Shown: positions 1 to 9,857 of the stretch, in pieces | How positions within the stretch are numbered: the first letter of the stretch is position 1 | How the letters are laid out: every line of letters begins with the position of its first letter | DNA from: Myxococcales bacterium | Lineage (GTDB): Bacteria; Myxococcota_A; Polyangia; Polyangiales; Polyangiaceae | Reading direction: 5' to 3' | Length of the DNA: 63,821 nt | Assembly (NCBI GenBank): GCA_016704525.1 | Contig: JADIZX010000009.1 | Location: 170,625-234,445, forward strand | Translations under genes and position numbers: made by a program | The notes under the pieces: model-generated | Told to the model about the DNA's origin: nothing | The model's input: the letters and a program-made list of their open reading frames with translations, nothing else | Databases searched by the model: none

Positions 1-2
1 GA

Positions 3-503
3 TGGCTCGCCGTGCTGGAGCGCCTCGGTGTGCCCTACGTCTTGGTGGGCGCGCGACCCGAATATGCGCACCTCCCCGCGACGACGCTAGCCGACAGCCC
101 CGCGGGGGTGGGACCGCTCGGCGGCCTCTCCGCGCTGCTGGAGCACGCGGAGGCGCGCGGGTTCACCGCCGCCGTCGCCGTGGCCTGCGACATGCCGTAT
201 GTCGACGAGGCGCTGCTCGCGCGGCTCCTCGCGCGCGGCCCGGCGCCGGCGGTCGCCGCACGGCGAGACGGGCGCTGGGAGCCGTTCTTCGCGCGCTACG
301 ACGTGGCGAGCCTGCGCCCCCTGCTCACCTCGCGGCTCGCCGAGGGGCGCCACGATCTTCAGGGGTTGCTGGCGCTCGCCAGTACGGTCGAGCTGTCGTT
401 GACCGATGAAGAGCGTGGTAGGCTTCGCGACTGGGATACACCGGCGGACGTCGCCGCCGACACGCACGCCGACACGCACGCTGGAAGGGAGTCGCCCCCA
501 TGA
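3..503 (+). CDS. mobA: Molybdenum cofactor guanylyltransferase MobA, C-terminal part. The 5' end is truncated by the window edge.
   Basis: Translation contains ...ACDMPYVDEALLARL...EPFFARYDV..., typical of MobA. GC3 is high. The stop overlaps the next ORF's ATG (ATGA). Confidence 0.6.
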   Translation, partial: WLAVLERLGVPYVLVGARPEYAHLPATTLADSPAGVGPLGGLSALLEHAEARGFTAAVAVACDMPYVDEALLARLLARGPAPAVAARRDGRWEPFFARYDVASLRPLLTSRLAEGRHDLQGLLALASTVELSLTDEERGRLRDWDTPADVAADTHADTHAGRESPP

Positions 504-871
504 AGCTACGAACCCGTGGAAACTCACTGCGCCTGCGGCTGACCCGCTCTGAGGTCGCGCGACTCGCCGAGGGCGGTGAGATCACCGATCGCGTCGAGTT
601 CGGCGCAGGCGCGGCGCTCAGCTATTCGATCGCACGCGCGGACGTGTCGCAGGTGCGGGCCACGCTGGAGGGCGCCCACGTGCGCGTGGAGGCGCCGCCG
701 TCGGTCCTGCGCGAGTGGGCCGGCAGCGAGCAGGTCGGATTCGAAGGCACGCAACCGCTCGACGGCGACCGCGCGCTGAAGATCCTCGTCGAGAAGGACT
801 GGACCTGCCTCACGAAGCGAGAGGGCGACGAAGACGTCGACACCTACCCTCACCCACACGAGACCTGCTAG
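500..871 (+). CDS. Hypothetical protein, 123 aa.
   Basis: ATGA overlap with mobA indicates translational coupling. Composition is protein-like. Confidence 0.55.
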   Translation: MKLRTRGNSLRLRLTRSEVARLAEGGEITDRVEFGAGAALSYSIARADVSQVRATLEGAHVRVEAPPSVLREWAGSEQVGFEGTQPLDGDRALKILVEKDWTCLTKREGDEDVDTYPHPHETC

Positions 872-976
872 CTTAGCGCGTGGGGCGCCGCTGAGGCGCC
901 TTTGGCGACCACGGATCGCTGTCACCGCGCGGGTGGCCTGGGGCGCCACCCCAGTGGATGGCGCGTGGGGCGAGCG

Positions 977-2442
977 TCAGCCGGCTGCCAGCTCGGCTGC
1001 GCGCTGACCCACGGCGTGCGCCGGGATCGCGGCGAGCCGCGCCGCCTCCACTTCGGGACCGAAGAGGATGCGCCGGTAGAGGACATCGCGCTCGATCTCG
1101 GCGAGGCGATAGTTGAGGAGCATCACCGTCGAGGCGATAGGGCTCGAGGTCTGGCCGCGCATGCCGTTCAGCGCGAAGCCTGTGCCGCCTGGAAAGTCGA
1201 CGATGTGGGCGCGCAAGATCTGGAAGGGCGCGCTCATGGGCATCAGCATCCACGCGACGCCGACGCCAGGGAGGTGCGCGTGCGAGCGGCCCCGAAACAC
1301 GTAGTCGAAGGTCTCCATGCGCCCGTCCGAGCCGCCGTTCTGCGGAGCGCCGAAGAGCACCCCGAGCGCGTAGCGCAGATCGGCCTTCCCGAGCGGGCTC
1401 TCGTACCAGCCATCGCGCGCGCCGCGCCCGAAGCGGAGGGTCTGCTCGACGAGGTCGAGGCGTATTCGAAGGTCCGAGGCGGTGTCTTCGGAGACGAGGC
1501 GCTTGCGGCTCGCCGCGAGGAGGGCGTTGCGCGCCGTGACCGTCGTGCGAGGCTCGACGTTGGCGGCCATGGGCTCCTGGTAGCGGGAGTGCGGCAGGAT
1601 GCTCGCGAGGCCATGGAAGAAGCCGAGGAGCCCCTGCAGCGACTCGACCATGGGGCCGAGCGCGACGGTGTGAGGCCTGTCCCAGGCGGTGACGATCAGG
1701 TCGCTCGAGATCATCCCGCTCGCGTGCGTGGCGTGTGAGATCGCGGCATAGGGCAGGTCTGCGCGGACACCCGAGTTCACGAGCAGCCTGCGATCGGTGA
1801 AGATCATCCCGGTCTCGCCGCCGGTGTCCGCGAGGACCCCGTCCACGAGCGCCAGCAGCCGCTCGCCGCCCAGGTGATCGAGGCCCATCAGGTAGGTCCT
1901 CCGGGCGGCCGCGAGCTTGATCTCGGAGAGCCGGTAGGCGCCGCGCACCTGACGATAGGGCAGTAGGCAATTGACCACGAGCTGGCTTATCGCCCCCTCC
2001 TTCGCGAACGACTGGAGAGAGAGCTCGCGGTCGCCCTGGTTGTAGCGGACGATCGCGGACATCGCGTCCCGGAACGAGACCCGGCGGTGGGAAGAGACGA
2101 GCGGGGGGATCGCGAACGGGCCATGCGCCGTCGGCAGGAAGCCGGGCAGCGTCTCGCCCTGGGGGTGCTGCGGAGGGGCTTGTACGGCGGAGAGGGCGCA
2201 CCGTCGACCGTCGCTCAGCACGTAGAGCGCCTCCGAGGTGACGAGGAACCCGCGCTCGGCGTCGCCGTTCGTGTCGTCGAGGACGAAGAGCGGCAGCTCG
2301 TTGTCGGGCCAGCGCACGCGCACAGCCACCTCTGCCAGGCGGGGCGGCTGCGGGAACAGCTCGATGTCGGCGAGGCCGAGGAGCGCGTCGCGGAGGTAGT
2401 CGACGAGCGAGACGCCCTGAAAGTCGCGGTAGGCGGTCATAT
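977..2442 (-). CDS. Hypothetical protein, ~488 aa, function unknown.
   Basis: Long ORF. The start was placed at MTAYRDFQGV (ATG complement at 2440-2442) because the 5' ~125 codons of the track ORF are low-complexity. GC3 is high throughout. Confidence 0.55.
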
Positions 2443-2579
2443 GCGCGGCGAAGTGTAACGCGCCCGCGGGAGCCGCGCCCACGCTTCCCCCGCCGCGGTT
2501 CGCTCCGTAGTCTGTGGGGCGCAGCCGCGATCCGACGAGGCGTGAGACGCGGGACCGATAGGCACGGACAGGAGGCGAG

Positions 2580-3080
2580 ATGGCAACGAAGAAGAAGGCG
2601 TCGAAGGCGACCCGCGCGACGAGGGCGCCCAAGGCGAGCCCCGCGCGGGCGAAAGAGAAGGTCTCCCCCGCCGCACCCCCGGGGGTCGCGCTCCGACTCA
2701 CGGCAGAGCTCGCGGCGCCGCCGGTGCGCGTCTTCGACGCGTGGATGAGCGGGGAAGGGCACGCCGCGTTCACCGGGGCGGGAGCGACCGTCGAGGCGCG
2801 GGTCGGCGGCCGGCACACGGCGTGGGACGGCTACATCGAGGGGACGACCGTCGAGCTCGCGCGTCCGGACCGCGTCGTCCAGACCTGGCGCACGAGCGAG
2901 TTCCCCGCGGCCGCCCCCGACTCGCGAATCGAGCTATCCTTTCGGCCGAGCGCGATCGGCACGGAGCTCACCCTCGTGCACACGGGCATTCCGCGCGGTC
3001 AGGGCGCGAAATACCGGCGAGGCTGGGAGGAGCACTACTTCTCGCTGATGCGCGCGCACTTCGGCCGCGGCTCTAGTTAG
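2580..3080 (+). CDS. SRPBCC/AHSA1-like domain protein with a Lys/Ala-rich N-terminal tail.
   Basis: GGAGG lies 6 nt before the ATG. The C-terminus ...LTLVHTGIPRGQGAKYRRGWEEHYFSLMRAHF resembles the Aha1/SRPBCC fold. The N-terminal 40 aa are KA-rich. Confidence 0.7.
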   Translation: MATKKKASKATRATRAPKASPARAKEKVSPAAPPGVALRLTAELAAPPVRVFDAWMSGEGHAAFTGAGATVEARVGGRHTAWDGYIEGTTVELARPDRVVQTWRTSEFPAAAPDSRIELSFRPSAIGTELTLVHTGIPRGQGAKYRRGWEEHYFSLMRAHFGRGSS

Positions 3081-3113
3081 TTAGTGGGTTGAGTCAGCTA
3101 CGTTAACGAGCCC

Positions 3114-3755
3114 TCAGCTCACGCGTCGCACGAGCACGATGGGCCACTCCGGCGCGCGCTGGCTCTCGGGCAGGGTAGGGAGAGCCCCCTCGGTCGCGAA
3201 GAGCGCCTCGCGGAGGTCGGCCACGTCGCGCCATCGCACGGACCTCCGCGGGTGCAGCGCCCTCGCCACCGCGCGCGAGACCTTCGACGGGACCGGCGAG
3301 GAGAACAGCGCTCGCGCGCCGACCGGGCCGTGCGGGCCGAGCCGCGGCTCCTCGCCCGTGAGCAGAACGTAGAGCAAGGCGCCCACGACGAACACGTCGT
3401 CCTGCTCGCGCGCGACCTCGTCCGAGACGCGACCGCCGCGCAGGCTGTGAGGCGCCGGCAAATCGGCGTGGGAGTACCCCGCGCCCGCGACCGAGAGGCC
3501 GCCATCGTCCAGCAGGTCGACGCTCTCCGTGTTCACGTGACCGAGCCGCACGCCCGCAGCGTGCGCGCGCTCGACGTGAAAGAGCAGCACGTCCGCGATC
3601 CGCAGCACCTCGTCGACAGGCAGCCTCCCGCCCGCCGCCAGGCGCCTGTGCTCGAGGCTCTCGCCCGCGCGCGGCGCGGCGACCGCTCGATAGACACCCG
3701 ACTCCTCGCTGACGTTGTGTGCCGCGCCCATTTCGACCTCCGCGTGGGGGTTCAT
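3114..3755 (-). CDS. Protein-kinase-like C-lobe-only protein, a possible pseudokinase fragment.
   Basis: HVNTESVDLL aligns with the catalytic loop and ...DVFVVGALLYVLLTGEEP with subdomain IX. No N-lobe or glycine loop lies upstream. Confidence 0.45.
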   Translation of the reverse strand: MNPHAEVEMGAAHNVSEESGVYRAVAAPRAGESLEHRRLAAGGRLPVDEVLRIADVLLFHVERAHAAGVRLGHVNTESVDLLDDGGLSVAGAGYSHADLPAPHSLRGGRVSDEVAREQDDVFVVGALLYVLLTGEEPRLGPHGPVGARALFSSPVPSKVSRAVARALHPRRSVRWRDVADLREALFATEGALPTLPESQRAPEWPIVLVRRVS

Positions 3756-3875
3756 GCCTTACTCCCTTCGGTCGCGTGGCATAGGCACGCCGCTCGCCGG
3801 AGGCTCGCTTGCATGTTCGCTTGCCCCTGTTTGGAACGTGGGGGCATCGCGGGAAATGGATCACAAGGTAGGTAA

Positions 3876-4733
3876 CTATTTCCCGCCGGTGCTCCCCGCG
3901 GAGAAGAAGACGTCGCCATCGCGCTTCACGTGACCCTCCGCCACGAGCTTCTCGAGGTGCGCCTCCAGGCTGAGCTTCGCGATCGGGTGGAGCGCGGCGG
4001 GTGTGTCGCCGTACGCGACTCGAACCAGCGCGTCGAGGGTGTCTCCCGCGGCGCGCGTCGCCTGGCGCACGCGCTCCTCCCGCGCGAGCCGGTGGGCCAC
4101 GTACCGCTCGAAGTGGGCGCGCGGCCCGTGGATCGGGTCGCCGTGGGCGGGCAACGCGGTCGCCGCGTCGAGGGCGCCGAGGCGCCTCAGCTGGCACAGG
4201 TAGGCGGCCATGTCCCCGCCCCCGGAGGCGGGCGCGATCAGGATGGTCCCCTCGCTCGCCACCATGTCGCCCACGACGAGGGTCCCGCTGGCTTCGTCGA
4301 ACAGGCACAGGTGCCCCGGCGCGTGCCCGGGAGTGTGGAGCACCCGCAGCGTCATCCGGTGAGGCCCCTCCAACGTGAGCACGTCGCCGTCGTCGAGGGT
4401 GCGCACGGGCCCGCGGAAGGCGACGCGGGCTGCGGTGTCGGCGTGCACGAAGAGGGCGAGGCCGAGCTCCCGCGCCAGCACGTCGAGGCCCCCGACGTGG
4501 TCGACGTGGTGGTGAGTCGCGAGGAGCCCCACGAGCGTCCGGCCTGCGCTGACGAGACCGCGCGCCCAGGCGAGCCACTCGGCGAGCTCGTCGTCGTCGG
4601 GCGTCGCGGGCTCGACCAAGAGCACCTCGCGCGTACCCAGCGCGTAGCTGTTCGTGTGGGTCGCGGGCGGGAGCGTGGGCGTGCGCGCCGCCACGCGCGC
4701 GACGCCGGGAGCGACGTCCGTGGGTCCGAGCAT
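3876..4733 (-). CDS. MBL-fold metallo-hydrolase.
   Basis: Contains LATHHHVDHVGG (the HxHxDH zinc motif). The start was set at MLGPTDV (ATG complement 4731-4733). Upstream codons in the track ORF are Arg-rich junk. Confidence 0.75.
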   Translation of the reverse strand: MLGPTDVAPGVARVAARTPTLPPATHTNSYALGTREVLLVEPATPDDDELAEWLAWARGLVSAGRTLVGLLATHHHVDHVGGLDVLARELGLALFVHADTAARVAFRGPVRTLDDGDVLTLEGPHRMTLRVLHTPGHAPGHLCLFDEASGTLVVGDMVASEGTILIAPASGGGDMAAYLCQLRRLGALDAATALPAHGDPIHGPRAHFERYVAHRLAREERVRQATRAAGDTLDALVRVAYGDTPAALHPIAKLSLEAHLEKLVAEGHVKRDGDVFFSAGSTGGK

Positions 4734-4777
4734 GGCGGCTGCCTCTCCCGTTCTCCCTCGCCTCGCGCGCCCGCCTC

Positions 4778-5962
4778 TCAGCGCTCGACGACGACGGCGA
4801 GCGCTTCGCCGCCGCCGATACAGAGGGTCGCGAGGCCGCGCTTCTTGTCGCGCTGGATCATGCTGTGGACCAGGGTGGTGAGGATGCGCGCGCCGCTCGC
4901 GCCGATCGGGTGACCGAGGGCCACGGCCCCGCCGCGCACGTTCACGCGCTCGCGGTCGATCTTGCACTGATCGGCGCACACCATCGAGACGACGGCGAAG
5001 GCCTCGTTGATCTCGAACAGGTCGATGTCGGCGAGCTTGAGGCCGAGCTTCGCCGCCGCGTTGTCCATGGCCTTCGCGGGCGCCGTCGTGAACCACTCGG
5101 GCGCCTGGGCCGCGCCGGCGTACCCGACGATGCGGGCGAGCGGGGTGAGGCCGTGCTTCTTCACGGCCTCCTCGCTCGCGAGCACGAGGGCGCTCGCGCC
5201 GTCGTTGATGGACGACGCGTTCGCCGCGGTGATCGTCCCGTCCTTCGAGAAGGCCGCGCGGAGCGACGCGAACTTGGACGGATCGCCCTTGCCGGGGCCT
5301 TCGTCAGTCTTCACGACGAGCGCGTCGCCCTTCTTCTGCGGCACGGAGACCGGCGTGATCTCCGCGTCGAAGAGGCCCTCTTTCTGGGCGGCGAGCGCCT
5401 TGCGGAAGCTCTCGCGGGCGTACTCGTCCTGCGCCTCGCGCGTGTAGTTGAACTCCTTCGCGCACAGGTCGCCACAGTTGCCCATGTGCACGTTGCCGTA
5501 CGGGTCCCAGAGGCCGTCGAAGATCATGCCGTCGACCAGCGTGCCGTTCCCCATGCGGTAACCGCTGCGCGCTTTGTCGAGGTAATACGGCACGTTGGAC
5601 ATCGACTCCATGCCGCCGACGACCACGAGCTCGGCGTCGCCGACCGCCAGCGTCTTGGTGCCGAGCACCACGGCCTGGAGCCCGGAGCCGCACACCTTGC
5701 TGACGGTCGTGGCGGGCACGCTGTTCGGGAGGCCCCCGTAGATCAGCGCCTGACGCGCGGGCGCTTGCCCCAACCCGGCGGAGAGCACGTTGCCCATGAA
5801 CACTTCGCCGATGAGGCCGGCGTCGACCTTCGCCTGCGCGAGGGCGCCCTGGATGGCGGCGGCGCCCAGCTTCGGGGCAGACACCGAGGAGAGGGCGCCC
5901 TGGAACGCTCCGATCGGGGTGCGGGTCGCAGAGACGATGTAGACGGGGGGCAAGCTGGGCAT
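4778..5962 (-). CDS. Acetyl-CoA C-acetyltransferase (thiolase II), 394 aa.
   Basis: MPSLPPVYIVSATRTPIGAF...CGSGLQAV...NEAFA...CIGGGEALAVVVER shows full-length thiolase signatures. A GAGGAG RBS precedes the start. Confidence 0.9.
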   Translation of the reverse strand: MPSLPPVYIVSATRTPIGAFQGALSSVSAPKLGAAAIQGALAQAKVDAGLIGEVFMGNVLSAGLGQAPARQALIYGGLPNSVPATTVSKVCGSGLQAVVLGTKTLAVGDAELVVVGGMESMSNVPYYLDKARSGYRMGNGTLVDGMIFDGLWDPYGNVHMGNCGDLCAKEFNYTREAQDEYARESFRKALAAQKEGLFDAEITPVSVPQKKGDALVVKTDEGPGKGDPSKFASLRAAFSKDGTITAANASSINDGASALVLASEEAVKKHGLTPLARIVGYAGAAQAPEWFTTAPAKAMDNAAAKLGLKLADIDLFEINEAFAVVSMVCADQCKIDRERVNVRGGAVALGHPIGASGARILTTLVHSMIQRDKKRGLATLCIGGGEALAVVVER

Positions 5963-6171
5963 GACAACTCCTCGGAGGCGCGCGGGGCGCGAAGGCGGCG
6001 CGGTCGTGACGTGACCGTCGCGGTGGCGAGCGAGACGAGACGCGCGACGGCAGGCGCTGCGTGACCCGACGGGCGCCGTTATACCCCGCGTCGGCCCGCG
6101 GCGCACTCCGCGCGGCGCACCGCCGAAGGGTGGCTTCCTCGGGCGAGAGAGCCTGGTAGAGTCGACGCGCC

Positions 6172-6723
6172 GTGCCGACAACCCCCGGTCCACTGCCCCC
6201 GCGCGTCGCCGTGGCGATCGTGCTCGTCGCGTCGCTTGCGGCGGGGCTGGCGACGGCCCACTGCGGCACCGCGGGGGGTGGCTCCGCAGACCGCGAGGCG
6301 GGCGCAGCGGACGACGCGGCCCGCGCCGCCCCGGCGGTTTGCCCCGAGGCCCTCCCCGAGGCGGGCGTGTGGTGCGCGCTGCCCGAAGGGACCACATGCG
6401 CCTACGGGCCCTGCGGCGCTTTCGCCCGGTGCACCCGCGGCGCGTTCGTGCGGGCCACGAGCCCGCGCGCGAGCCTGTGCCCCACCTCGCCTCCGCCCGA
6501 GGGCAGCCCCTGCGGCCCCTGCTTCGCCGATGGAGGGGTGTGCGCATATGGCGATCCCACCTGCGCAGACGCACAGGTGCCCCCCGCGATCTCCACCTGT
6601 TTCGGCGGTCGTTTTGCGACGAGAGCCATCGAATGTGAGGCCGGACCCGGCGACGCGGCCGCCGCGGACTCGGGCGGTGACGGCGAGGTGGATGCGGCGG
6701 CCGACTCCCCGAGCGACGGTTGA
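6172..6723 (+). CDS. Cys-rich secreted protein or lipoprotein (hypothetical).
   Basis: GTG start. An N-terminal hydrophobic segment ends ...LATAHC and the mature part holds ~14 Cys. GC3 is high. Confidence 0.45.
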   Translation: MPTTPGPLPPRVAVAIVLVASLAAGLATAHCGTAGGGSADREAGAADDAARAAPAVCPEALPEAGVWCALPEGTTCAYGPCGAFARCTRGAFVRATSPRASLCPTSPPPEGSPCGPCFADGGVCAYGDPTCADAQVPPAISTCFGGRFATRAIECEAGPGDAAAADSGGDGEVDAAADSPSDG

Positions 6724-6881
6724 GCCGCGCGCGACTTGCGCGGCCCCGGTCCCGTGGGCTAGGAAACGCGGCTTCGTTCGTTCGCTCGTTCGCTCGTTCG
6801 CGCGTCGCTTCCCATCCACTCACCGCGCACGGCGCAGCGCGCACCGCTGGCGGGTCCCCTGCCGTCATTCCGAGGAATCCC

Positions 6882-7211
6882 ATGTCCGAGTCCAAGTTCG
6901 CCGCGTTCATCACCGAGAAGAAGCTCAACCAGGCGCGCATTCTGTCGGCGTCGCACACGATCGAGTCGCTCCGGCCCGAAGACCGCCTCATCCGCCTCGA
7001 GAAGTGGCGCGCGAAGCAGGGCGACACCCCCTCGGAGAAGAAGACCTTCCCGAAGCCGCGCTCCGGCCGCCCCGTGACGCCCCGCGCGATGGCCGCTGCG
7101 CTCGCTGGCAAGCCCCTCACCGGCCCGCAGAAGCAGCGCATCCTCCGCGCCGTCAACGCCCTGCTCGAGCAGAAGAAGACCGAGAAGGTCGAGTTGAAGA
7201 CGCTGTTCTAG
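6882..7211 (+). CDS. Small Lys-rich hypothetical protein, 109 aa.
   Basis: GAGGAA RBS followed by ATG. The protein MSESKFAAFITEKKLNQARIL... looks real. Local GC is lower. Confidence 0.65.
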   Translation: MSESKFAAFITEKKLNQARILSASHTIESLRPEDRLIRLEKWRAKQGDTPSEKKTFPKPRSGRPVTPRAMAAALAGKPLTGPQKQRILRAVNALLEQKKTEKVELKTLF

Positions 7212-7383
7212 GACTCGCGACGGGCGCGAGGCCCCTCCTAGCGATAGGACGGAGCCTCGCGCGGCCAGGGCGCTCGAGGCCAACGCTGGCCCAACGCTTA
7301 CAAGTCCGTAGGCCTACGGCGTCGAAGGAAATTTCTTCGCCGCAAATTGGGCCACCCGGGCGCGTTGGGTGCAGGTTGCACGT

Positions 7384-7479
7384 ATGGCCGTCTTTGCGTT
7401 GCTGCTCGTTGTTTTTGTGGTCGTATTCGACCTGCACGACCTCGCGAACCGCAAGCGCCTGCGGCGCGACGAGGGGTGA
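7384..7479 (+). CDS. Possible 31-aa membrane micro-protein (MAVFALLLVVFVVVFDLHDLANRKRLRRDEG), located upstream of the ECF sigma gene.
   Basis: This ORF is not in the track and was read directly from the sequence. It has a hydrophobic helix plus a basic tail, but the RBS is weak. Confidence 0.25.
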   Translation: MAVFALLLVVFVVVFDLHDLANRKRLRRDEG

Positions 7480-7692
7480 CGTACCCGTTTCCCGCCAGGA
7501 CCCCACGGAGCCCCGCATGCTGAATGCCTCTCGACCGCTCCGCACCCTACCCAGGGAATGGTCCAGGCCCTTCAGTTCGCGCCCGCCCCCGCCGAGGGGA
7601 CCCGACGCGTCGCGACGCGCTTTCCGCGTCGCGTCCGGGGTGCGCCGCCGCGGCTCCTCGAGAGCCCGCGTGCGCGCCGCTGGCTCGCCATC

Positions 7693-8337
7693 GTGGTGCC
7701 CTGGTCCGAAGGCTCGGTTGGGGCGGGTGGACGGTTGAGCGACGACGAGGCCGCGAGCCTCCAGCGCGCGGCGAACGGTGACGCCGCCGCGTTCCGCGTG
7801 CTCTTCGCGCGGCACCGCGTCGACGTGCAGCGCCTCGTGTTTCGAATGGTGGGCGCGCGGCCCGACCTGGACGACATCGTCCAGGAGGTGTTCATCCAGG
7901 TGTACCGCAGCCTGCGTGACTTCCGCGGCCAGTCGAAGTTCTCGACATGGTTGCACCGGGTCACGGTGAACGTCGTGCTGATGCACCGCCGCGCTGCGCG
8001 GAGCCGCCCGACCTATACGGAGGAGGCGCCTGACGACCTCGCGCACGACGCGAAGCAGGTGCTCCCCGATGAGGCCGCGGCCCGTCACGAGCGGATGCGG
8101 GCCTTCGGCCGCCTGCTCGACCGCCTGGCCGACAAGAAGCGAATCGTCTTCGTGCTGCACGAGCTCGAAGGGAAGGCCCCGGCCGAGATCGCGGAGATTG
8201 TCGGCGCGCCGGTCCTGACCGTGCGGACGCGCCTCTTCTATGCGCGTCGCGAGCTCGAGGCGATGTGGCAGGACGAGCCCTCCTTGAAAGGGCTCGACGG
8301 GGGGTTCTCGCGTGCCTCGGCAGAGGAGGACTCATGA
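7693..8337 (+). CDS. ECF (sigma-70 family) RNA polymerase sigma factor.
   Basis: Region 2 motif DIVQEVFIQVYR...FSTWLHRVTVNVV and region 4 ...FVLHELEGKAPAEIAEIVGAPVLTVRTRL are present. The start is uncertain (GTG 7693 or TTG 7717), while the track ORF begins at 7558. Confidence 0.75.
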   Translation: MVPWSEGSVGAGGRLSDDEAASLQRAANGDAAAFRVLFARHRVDVQRLVFRMVGARPDLDDIVQEVFIQVYRSLRDFRGQSKFSTWLHRVTVNVVLMHRRAARSRPTYTEEAPDDLAHDAKQVLPDEAAARHERMRAFGRLLDRLADKKRIVFVLHELEGKAPAEIAEIVGAPVLTVRTRLFYARRELEAMWQDEPSLKGLDGGFSRASAEEDS

Positions 8338-8398
8338 ACGTGCGAGCGAGCAGCCGGCGAGCAGCGTGTCGATGCCACGCGACCGAGCGGAGCACGGT

Positions 8399-9742
8399 AT
8401 GAAGACCAAAGACCCCACCACGACCGACCCTCCGACCGCAGTGGACCCGCCGGCGACGCCGGTCGCGGACGTGGAAGAGGAGGACGAGTCGCTCGCGCCC
8501 GACGAGCTCGACGCCCTCGACGGTCCGGCGCCGTTCGCCGCCCTCACGGCGCTCACCGAGGAGGCGAAGGGCGCCTTCCTCCCCGTCGAGCCCGACGACG
8601 CGGCGTGGGCAGCGATGGAGGAGCGCTTGGTCCTGCGCCTCGCCACCGAGCGGGCCCTCGCGCGTCGCTCGAGGCGCACGCAGCTCGTCGTCGGCGTGGC
8701 GTCGAGCCTCGCGCTCGCGGCTGGCGCGATCTTCCTCATTCGTCCGGCCGATCCGTTACCGCCCTCCGAGCCTGTGCCCACGCTCGCGAGCGTCGTGAAG
8801 GGCGGCCCGCGCGGCGCAGCCCTGTCGACCCCGCTCCCTGGCGGCGGCGATAGCTTCTTTCAGGGCGATCCGGTCGAGGTCACCGGCGGCCCTCTGGCGT
8901 TCGAGGTCCCGGGCGTGGGCTCGGCGATCGTCACCCCGAGGCGGGCGATCTGGGCGCTCGATCCTGCCGGCGAGGGGAGCGCGAAGGCGGTCCTCACGAA
9001 GGCCACGGCGACGTCCCTCGTCGTCGCGCTCGAGCGCGGCGCGCTCGAGGCCGACGTGACCCCCGAGCGCGACGGCGAGGCGTTCGCCGTCGACGTCACC
9101 GGTGGCGCCGGCACGACGCGCGTCGCCGTTCACGGCACCCACCTGCGTGTGGCTCGGAAGGGCGACCACGTGACGATCGATCTCTCGGAGGGGGTCGTCG
9201 TGGTGGGCGCAGCGGGCCCGAGCCGCACCACGGGCCTCGAGCTGCGCGCCCCGGCGCACCTCGAGCTCGAGGCTGGGTCCGCGCCCTCGGCCGCGCAGGT
9301 CACGCGTGAGGTGCGCCCCGCGTGGACGCTCGATCTCGTCGCGGCCGGCCAGCCCCCGGCGGGGCCCACGAGCCCGTCCACGCCTGTCGACCTCGGCCCC
9401 GACGCCAGCGCCATCCCCGACGCCACCACCACGAGACCCGGCCCGCCCCGGCCTGCCGGCCCCGGCGTCCCGGCTCCGGTCGCCCTCACCGAAGGGCGCG
9501 CCCTCGCGGCGATCCAGGTGGACCTCAAGCGTTGTGTGGCCCAGGCGGCGGTCCCTGGCGCGGTGCGGGTCTCGATCGACAGCGAACTGTCGATCGAGGT
9601 GCGCGCTGACGGCACGGTCGCCGGGACCCGCTTCACGCCGCCGCTCGCCCCGGCGATCCAGGAGTGCGCGTCCGGCGCGATCTTCGCGCGACGCATCGAG
9701 GGGCCACGCACCCTCATCGTCCCGGTGAAGTTCGAGTTCTAG
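8399..9742 (+). CDS. Anti-sigma factor with a single transmembrane helix and a periplasmic domain (FecR-like).
   Basis: Immediately follows the ECF sigma gene. The TM helix is LVVGVASSLALAAGAIFLI. ATG 8399 has a GGAG 9 nt upstream. ATG 8372 and GTG 8312 are alternative starts. Confidence 0.65.
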   Translation: MKTKDPTTTDPPTAVDPPATPVADVEEEDESLAPDELDALDGPAPFAALTALTEEAKGAFLPVEPDDAAWAAMEERLVLRLATERALARRSRRTQLVVGVASSLALAAGAIFLIRPADPLPPSEPVPTLASVVKGGPRGAALSTPLPGGGDSFFQGDPVEVTGGPLAFEVPGVGSAIVTPRRAIWALDPAGEGSAKAVLTKATATSLVVALERGALEADVTPERDGEAFAVDVTGGAGTTRVAVHGTHLRVARKGDHVTIDLSEGVVVVGAAGPSRTTGLELRAPAHLELEAGSAPSAAQVTREVRPAWTLDLVAAGQPPAGPTSPSTPVDLGPDASAIPDATTTRPGPPRPAGPGVPAPVALTEGRALAAIQVDLKRCVAQAAVPGAVRVSIDSELSIEVRADGTVAGTRFTPPLAPAIQECASGAIFARRIEGPRTLIVPVKFEF

Positions 9743-9857
9743 AGCGCCGGGCCACAGCGGGTCGCGCCCCTGGACCACGGCGGGTTTCGCCTCGAGCGAC
9801 GCTCGTTCGCCGTTCGAGATCTTTGGCACTCTGGCCAGCCGGTCGCCCGCATGCGAC

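Noticed and set aside
873-2818. Two long minus-strand ORFs (873..2816 and 977..2818) with an N-terminal extension beyond MTAYRDFQ.
   Set aside because: 873..2816 is an Arg/Pro-rich alternative frame of the real gene, a typical high-GC artefact. In 977..2818 the first ~125 codons are low-complexity (PPTRASTVAPAP...), so the start was moved to ATG 2442.
3103-4578. A 491-aa minus ORF and many other very long Arg/Ala/Gly-rich ORFs, for example 11347..13455, 15604..17631, 18026..19450, 19905..21026, 25408..26379, 43379..46102 and 8756..9934.
   Set aside because: Their composition is dominated by R, A, G and P. They lie antisense or out of frame to genes with clear homology. They are the expected open frames of 70% GC DNA.
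8334-8336. ATG overlapping the sigma-factor stop (ATGA) as the anti-sigma start.
   Set aside because: It is out of frame with the anti-sigma ORF and hits a stop after 22 codons. The in-frame starts are GTG 8312, ATG 8372 and ATG 8399.
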